The notes beneath the pieces were generated by a model. The model was not told where the DNA came from, did no database searches, and was given only the letters and a program-made list of their open reading frames with translations. Positions 1 to 10,100 of a stretch of DNA of 64,000 nt are shown here, in pieces (within the stretch, counting starts at the first letter, position 1; every line of letters starts with the position of its first letter). The DNA comes from an uncultured Calditrichaceae bacterium (GTDB lineage: Bacteria > Calditrichota > Calditrichia > Calditrichales > Calditrichaceae): NCBI GenBank assembly GCA_964536685.1, contig CAZIBE010000001.1:62310-126309 (forward strand), read 5' to 3'. The translations under genes were made by a program, and so were the position numbers.

Positions 1-3000
1 TGCGGTACAACCGTTCGCCTCCTTTTTCGGAGAAGGGATGTGGCAGAAAGCGTTCGGCGGTTAAACCGGGACGGTTCAGATAGCCGCGGCTCAGGCCGTC
101 GCCGCTGATAAATATTTCACCGGGAATGCCCTGCGGCGCTAACTGCATGTCTGCATCTAAAATATACACTTGCGCATTCCGGATCGGCCGGCCGATGTTA
201 GGCGGACCGTCGTAACCGTTGATATGAAAGATGGTGGAATCCACCGTACATTCGGTGGGCCCGTAAACGTTATAGAACTGAGTTTGGCCGGCCGATTGTA
301 ATTGCCGCCAGACGTCGCCGTCGATGGCCTCGCCGCCGGGCAGGCAGATTTGCGGCTGCCATTGACCGTCTTCGAACATACCTTCAGCCAAAAGCAGTTT
401 TAGTTGTGAAGGCACGCAGTCCAGCACATCCAATTTGTTTTGGCGGATGAAGGACAACAAAAGATCGCCCGATAAACGCGCATCCTGCGGAATGGGGTAG
501 AGCGTATGCCCTTTTAACAAAAGCACTAATTGCTGCACCGAAGCGTCGAACAAAATGGGCGCGTTTAAACTGGCGCGTAACGGCTGCTCGTCTAAACGGT
601 TGTAGATTTCTTCATAAAGGCCGTCCAAAAGATGCAGCATGGACTGATGCTGAATCACTACGCCTTTAGGCTTGCCGGTGGAGCCGGACGTGTAAATAAC
701 GTACGCGCTGTTTTGCGGCACGGCGCTATTAGCGGGATTTTGTTCACTTTGGCGGCTGATGGCTTCCTGTTCCGCATCAATATAAATCACTTGTGCCTGG
801 TCCTGGGGCAGTTCGGATTTTTTGGTGGAAATAATGGTTTGCAGGCCGGCGTCTTCCACAATAAAGGCCAGCCGCTCTTTGGGATAATTGGGGTCTAAGG
901 GAACGTAAGCCGCGCCGGATTTTAACACGGCCAAAATGGATATAATCATTTCCAACGAGCGGTCCAGATGAATGCCCACAAAGGTTTCCGGTTCCGCGCC
1001 GCGTTGGCGTAAATAGTGCGCCAATTGATTGGCCTTGCGGTTGAGTTGCGCGTAGCTAAGCTGCGTCCCTTCCCAAACCACGGCAGTCCGCTCGGGCGCG
1101 GCGGCCGCCTGTTCCTGAAACAGAAGATGAAAACAGCCTGCCGCGCTTTTGCCGCTAACGCTGTGATTTAATTCATGCAGCAAACGCCGTTCTTCCTGTT
1201 TGCTTAACAGGGCAAGACGGGTGATTTTTTGCGCCGGCTGTTCGCTGATCGCTTTTAACAGATTCTGAAAATGTTCAATGAAGGCGCTAATGGTCGCCGC
1301 GTCAAACAGATCCGTATTGTATTCCCACATGGCGCGAATCGTCGAACGGTCTTCCACCACGGAAAGGGTCATATCGAATTTGGCGCTGCCGCTGTCCATT
1401 TCCAGCGGGCTGATGGAAATACCTTCCATTTCATAACTTTTTTGCGGCGCTTCCTGAAAAGCGAACATCACCTGAAAGATGGGCGTGTAGCTTAAATTCC
1501 GCTCCAGATTCAAGACGTCCACTATTTTTTCGAAGGGCACATCCTGATGCGCATAAGCCTGCTGAACTACTTCCTGCACGCGCGTCATGGCTTCTGTGAA
1601 GCCGGGAGCGCCGGAAAGGTCGCTGCGCAAAACAAGCGTATTTACAAAAAAACCAATCAGCGCTTCGGTTTCGCTGCGGTTGCGCCCGGCGACGGGAATG
1701 CCCACAACGATATCTTCCTGCCGGCTGTAACGGGAAAGGAAAATCTTAAACGCCGTCAGCAAAGTGGTGAACAATGTGCTTTTTTGATCAAGACTGAATT
1801 TTTTAAGCGCGGCGCTGATTTCTGCGGGGATTTCAAAATACTCGCGGCTGCCGTGGAAGGTCTGAACCCTGGGCCGCGGCCGGTCTGTGGGCAGTTGTAT
1901 AAGCGGCGGCGCGCCGCTTAATGTTTCTTTCCAGTAATCTAACTGCTGATTTAATTTTTCACCGTCCAGAAAGCTTCGCTGCCACTGGGCAAAATCAAAA
2001 TATTGAACAGGCAATTCCGGCAGCGGATTGGGTTGCTTATGCAAAAAAGCCTGGTACAAAACGGCCAGCTCTTTGATGAAAATCGAAAGGGAAACGCCGT
2101 CGGAAATGATATGGTGCATATTCAGCACAAACACATGGTCGTCAGGAGCAATCTGCAATAACCGGCAGCGCAGCAAGGGAGCTTGGTCAAGATTGAAGGG
2201 TGTGGCCGCTTCTTTACCGACCAGATTTTCGGCTTTTTGCAGGGCCGTTTGTTCGTCGGCGTCCGACAGAACGCTGAACACAATGGGCAGAGCAACGTTG
2301 TCCGCTATCTGCACTTGCGGCCGGCCTTCGATGGTTGTAAAGGAAGCGCGTAAAATTTCGTGCCGCTGAATGATCGTATTAATGCTTTTTTCCAGGATGG
2401 TTTTATCTAAGGCGCCTTTGATGCGTACGGCCACGGGCATATTGTAAAAAGGGCTGTCCGGCTCCAGTTGATCAAGAAACCAAAGACGCTGCTGCGAAAA
2501 AGAAAGCGGTTTGGGGGCGTCCGCGGGCAGACGCGAGATGTGCCGTATGGAGCGATCGAGCAGACGGCGGATTTCTGTGCGATTTTCGTAGCCGAATGCT
2601 TCGACTAACTCCCAGGCGCTGTCGGACAGATAGTCCTCTTTAAGGCTTTTTTTCCAGTGGTAAGCGCGGTCGGCCGTAATGCCTTTGTGCTCGTGGAAGC
2701 GCACGTCGCCTAACATCTTGGACAAATCATTCAAACCGTCGGTCATGCGCTTTTCTTTATTCTTTTGCGGTTCCAGCATATCCGGATGAATGTCGATATG
2801 TAAAAAGTCGCAGACGCCCTGAACCGTTTTTTGCGGTTCCTGTACAAGGTCCTCGTAAAACAGGCGATACCGGCGCTCGGCGGGAATATTCTCTAAAAAT
2901 TTTAAAATATTCTGGTGGCTGATCAACCAGACCAACTCGGCTAATTGCCGCGAGCTGAAGTTATGTTCGGCGGTAAAAAACGGCGGATAGAATACATGCA

Positions 3001-6000
3001 ATTTGGCTTTTTGAAAAGAGGGAATCACGCCGTAAGGATGGCGGATTAAATGGACGTAGAGCGCGTTGTCAAAATAGGCCTCGGCGCGCTGCAGGATATC
3101 GGGACTGAGGGCATAGTTGGGCGTTTTGTCCACAAACACGCGATCGCCGATCCATTCCTGCATGACGCGGTAAAAATCTTTAACGCTCATATTTTGCGCT
3201 TCGTACTCTTCCATAATTTGCCATGCTTCATCTACGGAGCAATCTTTTATGGCCATGATGGCGCGCACCGTGCCGTCCAGCCAAAAATCGTCGCGGCCGG
3301 TAAGATGCTTTTTGCGTTGCTGCAGGGTGTCGTAATTGAGTAATTGCAATTCGGGCGGCGAAAACAGCTTGGGACTGCCGCCTAAGATAGCGCGCGTTAA
3401 GGTGGAACCGGAACGGGGCGAAGAAATGACAAAGACGGCCTGAGTATTTTTCTGCTGCGCCGCTTCATCTTTGGCCGGGCCGGGAGACCAGATGATTCTA
3501 CGGAAGTGTTCGATATCATCTGTACGGATGCGCGTCTGCTCAAATTGCTGTTGAACTTTTTCGCCGGTGATTTTAAAAACGGACTGCGGATAATCCCGTT
3601 TTAACAGCTCGCACAATTCGGCAATGGTCGGCGCGTCGTACAATGCCACGATGTAAACATATTCGCCCAGAGCATCCTGCAAACGATTAACAAAGGTCGC
3701 CCCCTGGATGGAACTGCCGCCCAGAGCAAAAAAGTTATCGTGAATCCCGATGCGCTCCATTCCCAAAATATCTTTCCACATTTGGTAGATGAATTTTTGC
3801 AGTTTGGTTTGCGGCGGCTGATATTCGGCGGCGCCCGGGCCGGAAGCAACTGCGGAGGCGCTCAACGCTTTACGATTCACCTTGCCCGTAGTGGTTAGCG
3901 GAAAGCTGTCCGGAAAAATATAAACGGCCGGCAGCATATATTCCGGCAGAAGACCGGCAAGATACGCGCGCAACTCCTCTTCCGACGGTTCAGACTGGCT
4001 TTCGGCCAGCACATAGGCGCACAGGAATTTAACGCCATGCTCGTTTTCGGCGGCAACCACCGCGGCCCGGCTAATTTTATTGTGTTTGTTGAGCAGAGCT
4101 TCGATTTCGCCGATTTCGATGCGGAATCCGCGCAGTTTCAATTGATGATCCGCGCGTCCGTCAAATACGATGTTGCCGTCTTCCAAATAATGGGCTAAAT
4201 CGCCGGTTCGGTAAAAGCGCGCATTTTCTTTATCGGAAAAGGGATCGGGAATAAATTTCTCGGCCGTCAGTTCCGGTCGGTTCAGATAACCGCGGGCCAC
4301 GCCTTGCCCGCCGATGTAGATTTCGCCTTTCACACCGGGCGGAACAGGCTGGCGGTTGGCGTCTAAAATATACATGCGCATGTTTTGCATGGGCCGGCCG
4401 ATGGGAATTTTGCCAGCGGGGAAATCCAGCTTGTCCTCGGGATTTATTTGGTAGTAGCAGCTGGTAATGGTCGCTTCGGTCGGGCCGTAAGCATTAATAA
4501 AGCTGAGCGGTCGTTTAGCGTGAGCCCGCATCTGGGCGACTTTTTTAAGCGCGGGAGCTTCGCCGCCCACTACCATAATACGCAGCGATTCCGGAATAGT
4601 AAGCGCGCGCTCTTCTAAAAAATCAACCCAGTTTTGCCACAGAACAACAGGCAGATGCAAAATGGAAATTTGCTGATTTTTAACAATTTGCGAAATATCA
4701 TACGGCGTGATCAGGCTTCCCTTGGGCGGCAAAACCAGCGGAATGCCGCTGAGCAGCGCCGGGTAAATCTCTTCGCCGGCCGCATCAAAACTCAATGAGA
4801 AAAATTGCAGCATGCGGTCAGAAGCGTTTGGCTGGTAAGCGTCCATGGTGGCTAAAGCATGGTTTAACAGGGACTCGTGACGCACGAGCACCGCTTTGGG
4901 CGTTCCGGTTGAGCCCGACGTGTAAATTAAATAGGCCAGCGAATAGGGAGCCATCGGCGCCGTTGGATTGTTTTCTTCCTGATTGTTAAACTCCGCCTCT
5001 TTATCATCAGCTAAAACTATTTCAGCTTTTGCCTTAGAAAATATAGTGTCAAAACGTTTTTGTGTAAGAATAAATCTGGCCTGCGAATCGTCCAGAATCA
5101 GGGCGATACGTTCTTCCGGATAATCCGGGTCTACGGGAATGTAAGCCCCGCCCGCTTTAAGAACGGCTAACAGCGCGATGACCATTTCCGGGGAACGCTC
5201 CATGCTCAAAATGACCAGGTCTTCAGGCTGCAAGCCTTTATTAAGCAGATAATGGGCCAGTTGATTGGCGCGCCGGTTTAATTGGGCATAAGTAAGAATC
5301 TCTGCCGCTTCGTTTGTATTGAGCTGCGGCTGGTAAATAATGGCTGGCTTATCCGCGTTCTTTTGCGCCTGTTGTTCGAAAAGATGGTGCACGCACTGTT
5401 TAGCATATTCTGTTAAAGGCCGCGAGGTGTTATTCCATTCATAAAGAATGCGCTGTTCCTCTTTGGGAGTAAGCAAACGCAGGCCGCTGATGGGCTGCGC
5501 CGGATTTTCGACAATATTTTCCACTAATGTTGTAAAATAACCGATTAATTTCTGAATGGTTTCCCGTTTAAACAGATCCGTATTAAACCCGAAAATGCCG
5601 TTTAACCCATCGCTGGTTTGTTCCATAGAAAGAACGAGATCGAATTTAACGGTTCCGCTCTCTTGCTCGATGATGTCGATTTGCAAATCCGGAAATTCCA
5701 GCGCGGGTCTCGGCGTATTCCTGAAATCGAACAGAACCTGGAACAAAGGGTTGTGGCTGAGCTCGCGCTGCGGATTCAGTTCCTTTACGATCATCTCGAA
5801 AGGCACGTCGTTATTGGAAAAAGCGTCCAGACTGAATGATTTTATATTCTTTAAGAATTCCTCAAAGCTCTGGCTGACTTCCAGGCGGGGACGCATGACT
5901 ACAGTGTTAATAAATAAACCGATCAGGTTTTCGCTGCCTTTATAGTGCCGGTTGGCCAGCGGGGCGCCGATGCCGAAATCGCTTTGCCCGCTGTAGCGAT

Positions 6001-6910
6001 ACAAAAAAACATGATAAACGGCCAGGAGCGTCATAAAAAGAGTTACGCTGTTTTTCTTGCTTAATTCTATGATCTTTTGAGAAAGCGCCGATGACAACTT
6101 AAAAGGAATATGGGCGCCGTGATGGGTTTGCACCGGCGGCCGGGGAAAATCCGTGGGGAGTTCCAGAGCGGACGGCAAATCTTGAAGCGTATCGCGCCAG
6201 AAGGCTAACTGCTTTTGTACGCGATCGCTCTTTAGAAAATTTTCCTGCCAGGCGGCAAAATCAAAATATTGAATGGGCAGTTCCGCAATCGCAAGCGGCG
6301 TTCTCTTAACCAGCGCCGTATAGCGCATGATGATTTCCTGCACAAAAATACCCACTGACCAGGCGTCGGCGATGATATGATGTAAGGTTAACAGCAAAAT
6401 ATGGCGCCGTTCGTTCAGGCGTAACAGTTTGGCGCGCAAAAGCGGAGCTTGCTCGAGATTAAACGGCAGAAGCGCTTCTTCGGAAATCATTTCTTGAGCT
6501 TTGTCCTGCTGTTCTTTAGCCGTTAAAGAGGTCAGGTCTATAAGATGAATTGTCAGTTTTATATCCGCTTGCGGAATTTGCAGCGGCTGGCCGTTATGTG
6601 TTTCAAAATGAACTTGCAGAATCTCATGCCGGGCGATGATTTGGTTCAAGCTTTCCTCAAGCGCGGTAATATTCAAACGGCCGTCAAATTTCAGGGCCGA
6701 GGGGATATTATTTACCGAGCTGCCCTGGTTTAACTGCTCTAAAAACCAAAAGCCTTTTTGTCCGTAAGAAAGCGGACGGTAATCCGGATTGCTCCGTTGC
6801 GGAATATCTTTCACCTGACTGGCGGCAGGTTTGGCTTTTTTTAATTTACTGAGTAGTAATTCGCGTTGTTCCGGCGAAAGGCTCGCCAGACGCTCGTTTA
6901 AATTGGCCAT
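1..6910 (-). CDS. Non-ribosomal peptide synthetase, truncated at its C-terminal end by the left window edge; domain order C-A-T-ST-C-A(partial)
   Basis: Absent from the ORF track because no stop codon lies in the window. Hand translation of the reverse strand from the ATG at 6910-6908 gives MANLNERLASLSPEQRELLLSKLKK.... Motifs read in order: C domain HHIIADAWS; A-domain cores LIYTSGSTG (~4900-4930) and NAYGPTEATIT (~4450-4480); carrier FFALGGSS (~3700-3740); sulfotransferase SSPRSGSTL (~3400-3425); second C domain LSFSQQRLWFLDQLEPDSPFYN and HHIISDGVS; second A domain VIYTSGSTGKPKGV (~670-700). The frame stays open to base 2 (...GERLYR, just before the expected YRTGD core). No minus-strand ORF ending at 6910 is listed, consistent with an uninterrupted frame. 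AGGA lies 6 nt upstream of the ATG. Confidence 0.9.
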   Translation of the reverse strand, partial: MANLNERLASLSPEQRELLLSKLKKAKPAASQVKDIPQRSNPDYRPLSYGQKGFWFLEQLNQGSSVNNIPSALKFDGRLNITALEESLNQIIARHEILQVHFETHNGQPLQIPQADIKLTIHLIDLTSLTAKEQQDKAQEMISEEALLPFNLEQAPLLRAKLLRLNERRHILLLTLHHIIADAWSVGIFVQEIIMRYTALVKRTPLAIAELPIQYFDFAAWQENFLKSDRVQKQLAFWRDTLQDLPSALELPTDFPRPPVQTHHGAHIPFKLSSALSQKIIELSKKNSVTLFMTLLAVYHVFLYRYSGQSDFGIGAPLANRHYKGSENLIGLFINTVVMRPRLEVSQSFEEFLKNIKSFSLDAFSNNDVPFEMIVKELNPQRELSHNPLFQVLFDFRNTPRPALEFPDLQIDIIEQESGTVKFDLVLSMEQTSDGLNGIFGFNTDLFKRETIQKLIGYFTTLVENIVENPAQPISGLRLLTPKEEQRILYEWNNTSRPLTEYAKQCVHHLFEQQAQKNADKPAIIYQPQLNTNEAAEILTYAQLNRRANQLAHYLLNKGLQPEDLVILSMERSPEMVIALLAVLKAGGAYIPVDPDYPEERIALILDDSQARFILTQKRFDTIFSKAKAEIVLADDKEAEFNNQEENNPTAPMAPYSLAYLIYTSGSTGTPKAVLVRHESLLNHALATMDAYQPNASDRMLQFFSLSFDAAGEEIYPALLSGIPLVLPPKGSLITPYDISQIVKNQQISILHLPVVLWQNWVDFLEERALTIPESLRIMVVGGEAPALKKVAQMRAHAKRPLSFINAYGPTEATITSCYYQINPEDKLDFPAGKIPIGRPMQNMRMYILDANRQPVPPGVKGEIYIGGQGVARGYLNRPELTAEKFIPDPFSDKENARFYRTGDLAHYLEDGNIVFDGRADHQLKLRGFRIEIGEIEALLNKHNKISRAAVVAAENEHGVKFLCAYVLAESQSEPSEEELRAYLAGLLPEYMLPAVYIFPDSFPLTTTGKVNRKALSASAVASGPGAAEYQPPQTKLQKFIYQMWKDILGMERIGIHDNFFALGGSSIQGATFVNRLQDALGEYVYIVALYDAPTIAELCELLKRDYPQSVFKITGEKVQQQFEQTRIRTDDIEHFRRIIWSPGPAKDEAAQQKNTQAVFVISSPRSGSTLTRAILGGSPKLFSPPELQLLNYDTLQQRKKHLTGRDDFWLDGTVRAIMAIKDCSVDEAWQIMEEYEAQNMSVKDFYRVMQEWIGDRVFVDKTPNYALSPDILQRAEAYFDNALYVHLIRHPYGVIPSFQKAKLHVFYPPFFTAEHNFSSRQLAELVWLISHQNILKFLENIPAERRYRLFYEDLVQEPQKTVQGVCDFLHIDIHPDMLEPQKNKEKRMTDGLNDLSKMLGDVRFHEHKGITADRAYHWKKSLKEDYLSDSAWELVEAFGYENRTEIRRLLDRSIRHISRLPADAPKPLSFSQQRLWFLDQLEPDSPFYNMPVAVRIKGALDKTILEKSINTIIQRHEILRASFTTIEGRPQVQIADNVALPIVFSVLSDADEQTALQKAENLVGKEAATPFNLDQAPLLRCRLLQIAPDDHVFVLNMHHIISDGVSLSIFIKELAVLYQAFLHKQPNPLPELPVQYFDFAQWQRSFLDGEKLNQQLDYWKETLSGAPPLIQLPTDRPRPRVQTFHGSREYFEIPAEISAALKKFSLDQKSTLFTTLLTAFKIFLSRYSRQEDIVVGIPVAGRNRSETEALIGFFVNTLVLRSDLSGAPGFTEAMTRVQEVVQQAYAHQDVPFEKIVDVLNLERNLSYTPIFQVMFAFQEAPQKSYEMEGISISPLEMDSGSAKFDMTLSVVEDRSTIRAMWEYNTDLFDAATISAFIEHFQNLLKAISEQPAQKITRLALLSKQEERRLLHELNHSVSGKSAAGCFHLLFQEQAAAAPERTAVVWEGTQLSYAQLNRKANQLAHYLRQRGAEPETFVGIHLDRSLEMIISILAVLKSGAAYVPLDPNYPKERLAFIVEDAGLQTIISTKKSELPQDQAQVIYIDAEQEAISRQSEQNPANSAVPQNSAYVIYTSGSTGKPKGVVIQHQSMLHLLDGLYEEIYNRLDEQPLRASLNAPILFDASVQQLVLLLKGHTLYPIPQDARLSGDLLLSFIRQNKLDVLDCVPSQLKLLLAEGMFEDGQWQPQICLPGGEAIDGDVWRQLQSAGQTQFYNVYGPTECTVDSTIFHINGYDGPPNIGRPIRNAQVYILDADMQLAPQGIPGEIFISGDGLSRGYLNRPGLTAERFLPHPFSEKGGERLYR
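2582..3439 (-). other. Embedded sulfotransferase (ST) domain, copy 2, between carrier domain and second condensation domain
   Basis: Hand translation reads AVFVISSPRSGSTLTRAILGGSPKLFSPPELQLLNYDTLQQRKKHLTGRDDFWLDGTVRAIMAIKD...FVDKTPNYALSPDILQRAEAYFDNALYVHLIRHPYGVIPSF...LEPQKNKEKRMTDGLNDLSKMLGDVRFHEHKGITADRAYHWKKSLKEDYLSDSAWELVEAFGYEN. It contains a PAPS 5'-phosphosulfate-loop-like SPRSGST and an R-x7-S 3'-phosphate-like RHPYGVIPS. It is colinear with the ST domain at 11771-12628. Confidence 0.8.
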
Positions 6911-6957
6911 ACTTGTTCCTATGAGCAAATTTGTTGAAATTATGTTATCGGACTACT

Positions 6958-6995
6958 CTCGTTGTAGAAATTTGTACTCACTCGTTGCAGAATTT
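6958..6995. repeat. Two direct repeats CTCGTTGTAGAAATTT / CTCGTTGCAGAATTT in the 210-nt gap between two NRPS genes
   Basis: Read directly: 6958-6973 and 6981-6995 differ by one substitution and one missing A. They lie 48-85 nt upstream (on the minus strand) of the ATG at 6910. Confidence 0.6.
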
Positions 6996-7004
6996 AGCGC
7001 AGCG

Positions 7005-7046
7005 ATCCCCGGAACGTGCAAACCGGGATTGAAGGCATTCAATCCC
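7005..7046 (-). promoter_or_regulatory. Two overlapping, mutually exclusive hairpins in the NRPS intergenic gap
   Basis: ATCCCCGG (7005-7012) can pair with CCGGGAT (7023-7029). GGGATTGAA (7025-7033) pairs perfectly with TTCAATCCC (7038-7046) over a 4-nt loop. The two stems share 7025-7029. No U-run follows on the minus-strand transcript, so this is not a canonical terminator. Function unknown. Confidence 0.3.
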
Positions 7047-7120
7047 TATACGATTCGCCCAATAACCTCTGTTATTCATTTTTTTATATATAAAATTCCA
7101 AAATTATTTGCTTTAATTGT

Positions 7121-10100
7121 TTATTCCAATTCATCCAACAAATCGCTGATTTCATCTTCTCCAAGTTCCACATCCGTAAAGTCGGACGGTGTGTAATTTT
7201 TGCTTTTTACAGAAATACAGTGGGCAATTATATTCTTCAGTTCTTCCATGTAAATCATTAAGATTTTCCGAATCGTTGTCTCTTTATGCAAGGCGCTGCT
7301 ATAAGCGATTTGCAGCAGCAATTGTCCGTTTTTAATGCTGGCGCTAATATCCAGTATAAACTCTCTTTTGTTTTTGGGGCTGCGCTCAGAGCCTGTTAAA
7401 TCGTTGATTGCTTCAAAGGCGCCGGCTTCGTTGAGCTGCCGCTCAAACTGTCCGAGATAGTTGAACACAACCTGAGGTTTATATCGGCTTAGCGCTTTTT
7501 CAATTTCCGGATTGCCGGACAGATAACGGAGCAAACCGTAGCCCAGACCCTTTTGCGGAATCCGGCGAAGATGTTCTTTAACCCGCTTTATGGCCCCGGC
7601 GGGAGTATAAATGCCTGAAAGATTCAGATACACCGGGAAGAGGGAAGTGAACCACCCCACAGTTCTGGAAACATCCGCGCCTTCGATAATATCTTCGCGG
7701 CCATGTCCTTCCAGAGCAACCAGCAAGGCCTCTTTGCCGCTCCAGCGTTTAAAGGCCGCGGCCAGCGCCGTTAGCAAAAGCTCGTTTATTTGCGTATTGT
7801 AAGCATGCGGCGCCTGGTGCAATAATTGGCGGGTTTCCTCTTCGGATAACATATCGCTAACCGTTCCCAGCGTTTTTTCGGTATTCTCCCCGCCGCTAAA
7901 ATCTACAGGAAACGGTGTGCTTTGAGCGGTGATTTGTTGCTTCCAATACTCATAGTCCGCCAGCGCCCGTTTACTGCCGGCAAATTTCGCTAAGCTTTCG
8001 GCCCAATATTTAAACGAAGTGGATTTTGGCGGCAGGCTTATTTGCTGCCCGGAAACAGCCTGCGCGTAAGCTAATTGGATATCCTCGGTTAATATGCGCC
8101 AGGAAACGCCGTCGATGGCCAAATGATGAATGATAATGAGTAAGCGATCGGCGGCCTGACCGCCCAGGCTAAAATAAGCCACGCGCATAATCGGTCCTTC
8201 ATTCAGATCCAAAGCGGCCTGTAATTTTTCAGACTCCCGGGCGATAGCTTTGCGCTGTGCTTCGGGATGGCGATCGCTTAAATCAAAAAACGTAAAGGGC
8301 GTGACGGCTTCTTTCTCCTCGATATAAAGCTGTGTTCCCGAATCGCTTTTTTTAACGCGCAGACGTAAGGCGTCGTGGTGTTCAAGTAGTTTAGCCACAA
8401 CCTGTTTTAGAATATCAGCCTTTAAAGGGTGGTCGGTCTCTAGCATCAGCGATTGATTCCAGTGCTGTTCATTTGCATAGCGCTGTTCAAAGAAATGCCT
8501 TTGGATGGGTGTGGCCGGAAAGCTTCCGCTAACCGTTCCCTGCTCGGCATGAATAGCGGTACGTTCTTCGACAACGGCAGCCAGCCCCTCAATGGTGGGA
8601 TTTTCAAACAACTGGCGCGGGGTTATCTGCAAGCCTTCTCTTTTGGCGCGGGCAATAACCTGAATGCTTAAGATCGAATCGCCGCCCATTTCGAAAAAGT
8701 TGTTATGAATGCCCACCTGCGGTACATGCAGTATCTCCTGCCAGATACGCGCCAGAATTTCTTCTTTTTTGTTGGTCGGCGCTACGTAGGTTGCTTGCGT
8801 CTTTTCCAGATCAATGGCCGGAAGCGGCAGAGCCTTGCGATCAATTTTGCCGTTGGGCGTGAGCGGAAACTCGGTCAGCGGAACAAAGAACACCGGAATC
8901 ATATACTCCGGCATGGATTTTTCCAAAAAACTGCGCAGCGCGCCGCTTTCCGGCGGCTGTTCGTCCTTTGTTAAAAAATAGGCGGTCAATTGCTGATGTC
9001 CCGGCGTATCCTCGCGCACCATAACCAGCGCGTCTTCAACGGCTGCATGCCGGCGCAGGGCGCTTTCTATCTCGCCCAGCTCGATGCGGAAGCCGCGCAG
9101 TTTAACCTGATAGTCCAGGCGACCCTTAAAAGTCAAACTGCCGTCGGCGTTAAAACAGGCCAAATCGCCGGTTTTGTACATGCGCGCGCCACTGATCCCG
9201 CTAAAGGGATCGGGGATGAACTTTTCGGCGGTAAGTTCAGGGCGATTTAAATATCCGCGTCCCAGTCCGTGGCCGGCAATATGCAACTCTCCGGTTACGC
9301 CGACGGGCAGCGGTTGCAGGTTGTCGTCCAATACGTAAAAACGCGTATTAGCCGCCGGCCGGCCGATAGTGGGCTGATCAGGGAAATCCGCTACCGGGCA
9401 CATAGTGGAATCCACGGTGCACTCCGTGGGGCCGTACATATTAAAAAAGTTGATTGTCTTGTCGGACTGCAATTCCTGCCACATTTCATGATCAATGGCT
9501 TCTCCGCCGGGAAGGATGTCTGCCGGCGCCCGGCCGCCGTCAAACAGTCCGGCCTGAATGAGCAGCTTCAATTGCGAAGGCACGCAGTCTAACAGCTCAA
9601 TTTTGTATTTACGGATGAAGTCCAGTAAGGCCTGGCCCTCGTAACGCACATCCTGCGGGATGATCACTAAATGGTGGCCGTGCATCATCATTACGATTTG
9701 CTGGACGGAGGCGTCGAAGGCCAGCGGCGCGTTCAGGCTGATGCGGCGTTTGACGTCGCCGTATTTTTGGTAGATGGTTTTATGAAGGTTGGCGGCCAGA
9801 TTCAGCGGCGAACGATGTTGAATCATCACGCCTTTGGGTTTTCCTGTTGAACCCGACGTGTAAATAATGTACGCCAGATTCTCCGGAAGCAGAGCAATGT
9901 CCGGATTTTCTGCGGGCATTTGCGCCAGATCGTCTGTTATTTTGTCCAGAGCGATTAACGGCGTGTTTATTCCTTTGTCTTCGGAAAAGGCATACTGTGA
10001 ACGGGCAAGCAAAAAGGCCGCACCGGAATCTTCCAGCATATAGGCAACGCGCTCCGGCGGATACGAAGGATCTAGGGGCAGATAAGCGCCGCCGGCTTTT

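Noticed and set aside
3601-3849. 82-aa minus-strand ORF listed in the track inside the edge-truncated NRPS
   Set aside because: It is out of frame with the NRPS reading frame ((6910-3849) is not a multiple of 3). The NRPS frame encodes the carrier motif FFALGGSS in the same stretch.
7190-8530. Considered whether the last domain of the 2982-aa NRPS is a terminal condensation or release domain
   Set aside because: HHLAIDGVSW, EGHGRE, TVGWFTS and FNYLGQF, plus the preceding GGDSI carrier, are epimerization-domain signatures, and another NRPS gene follows.
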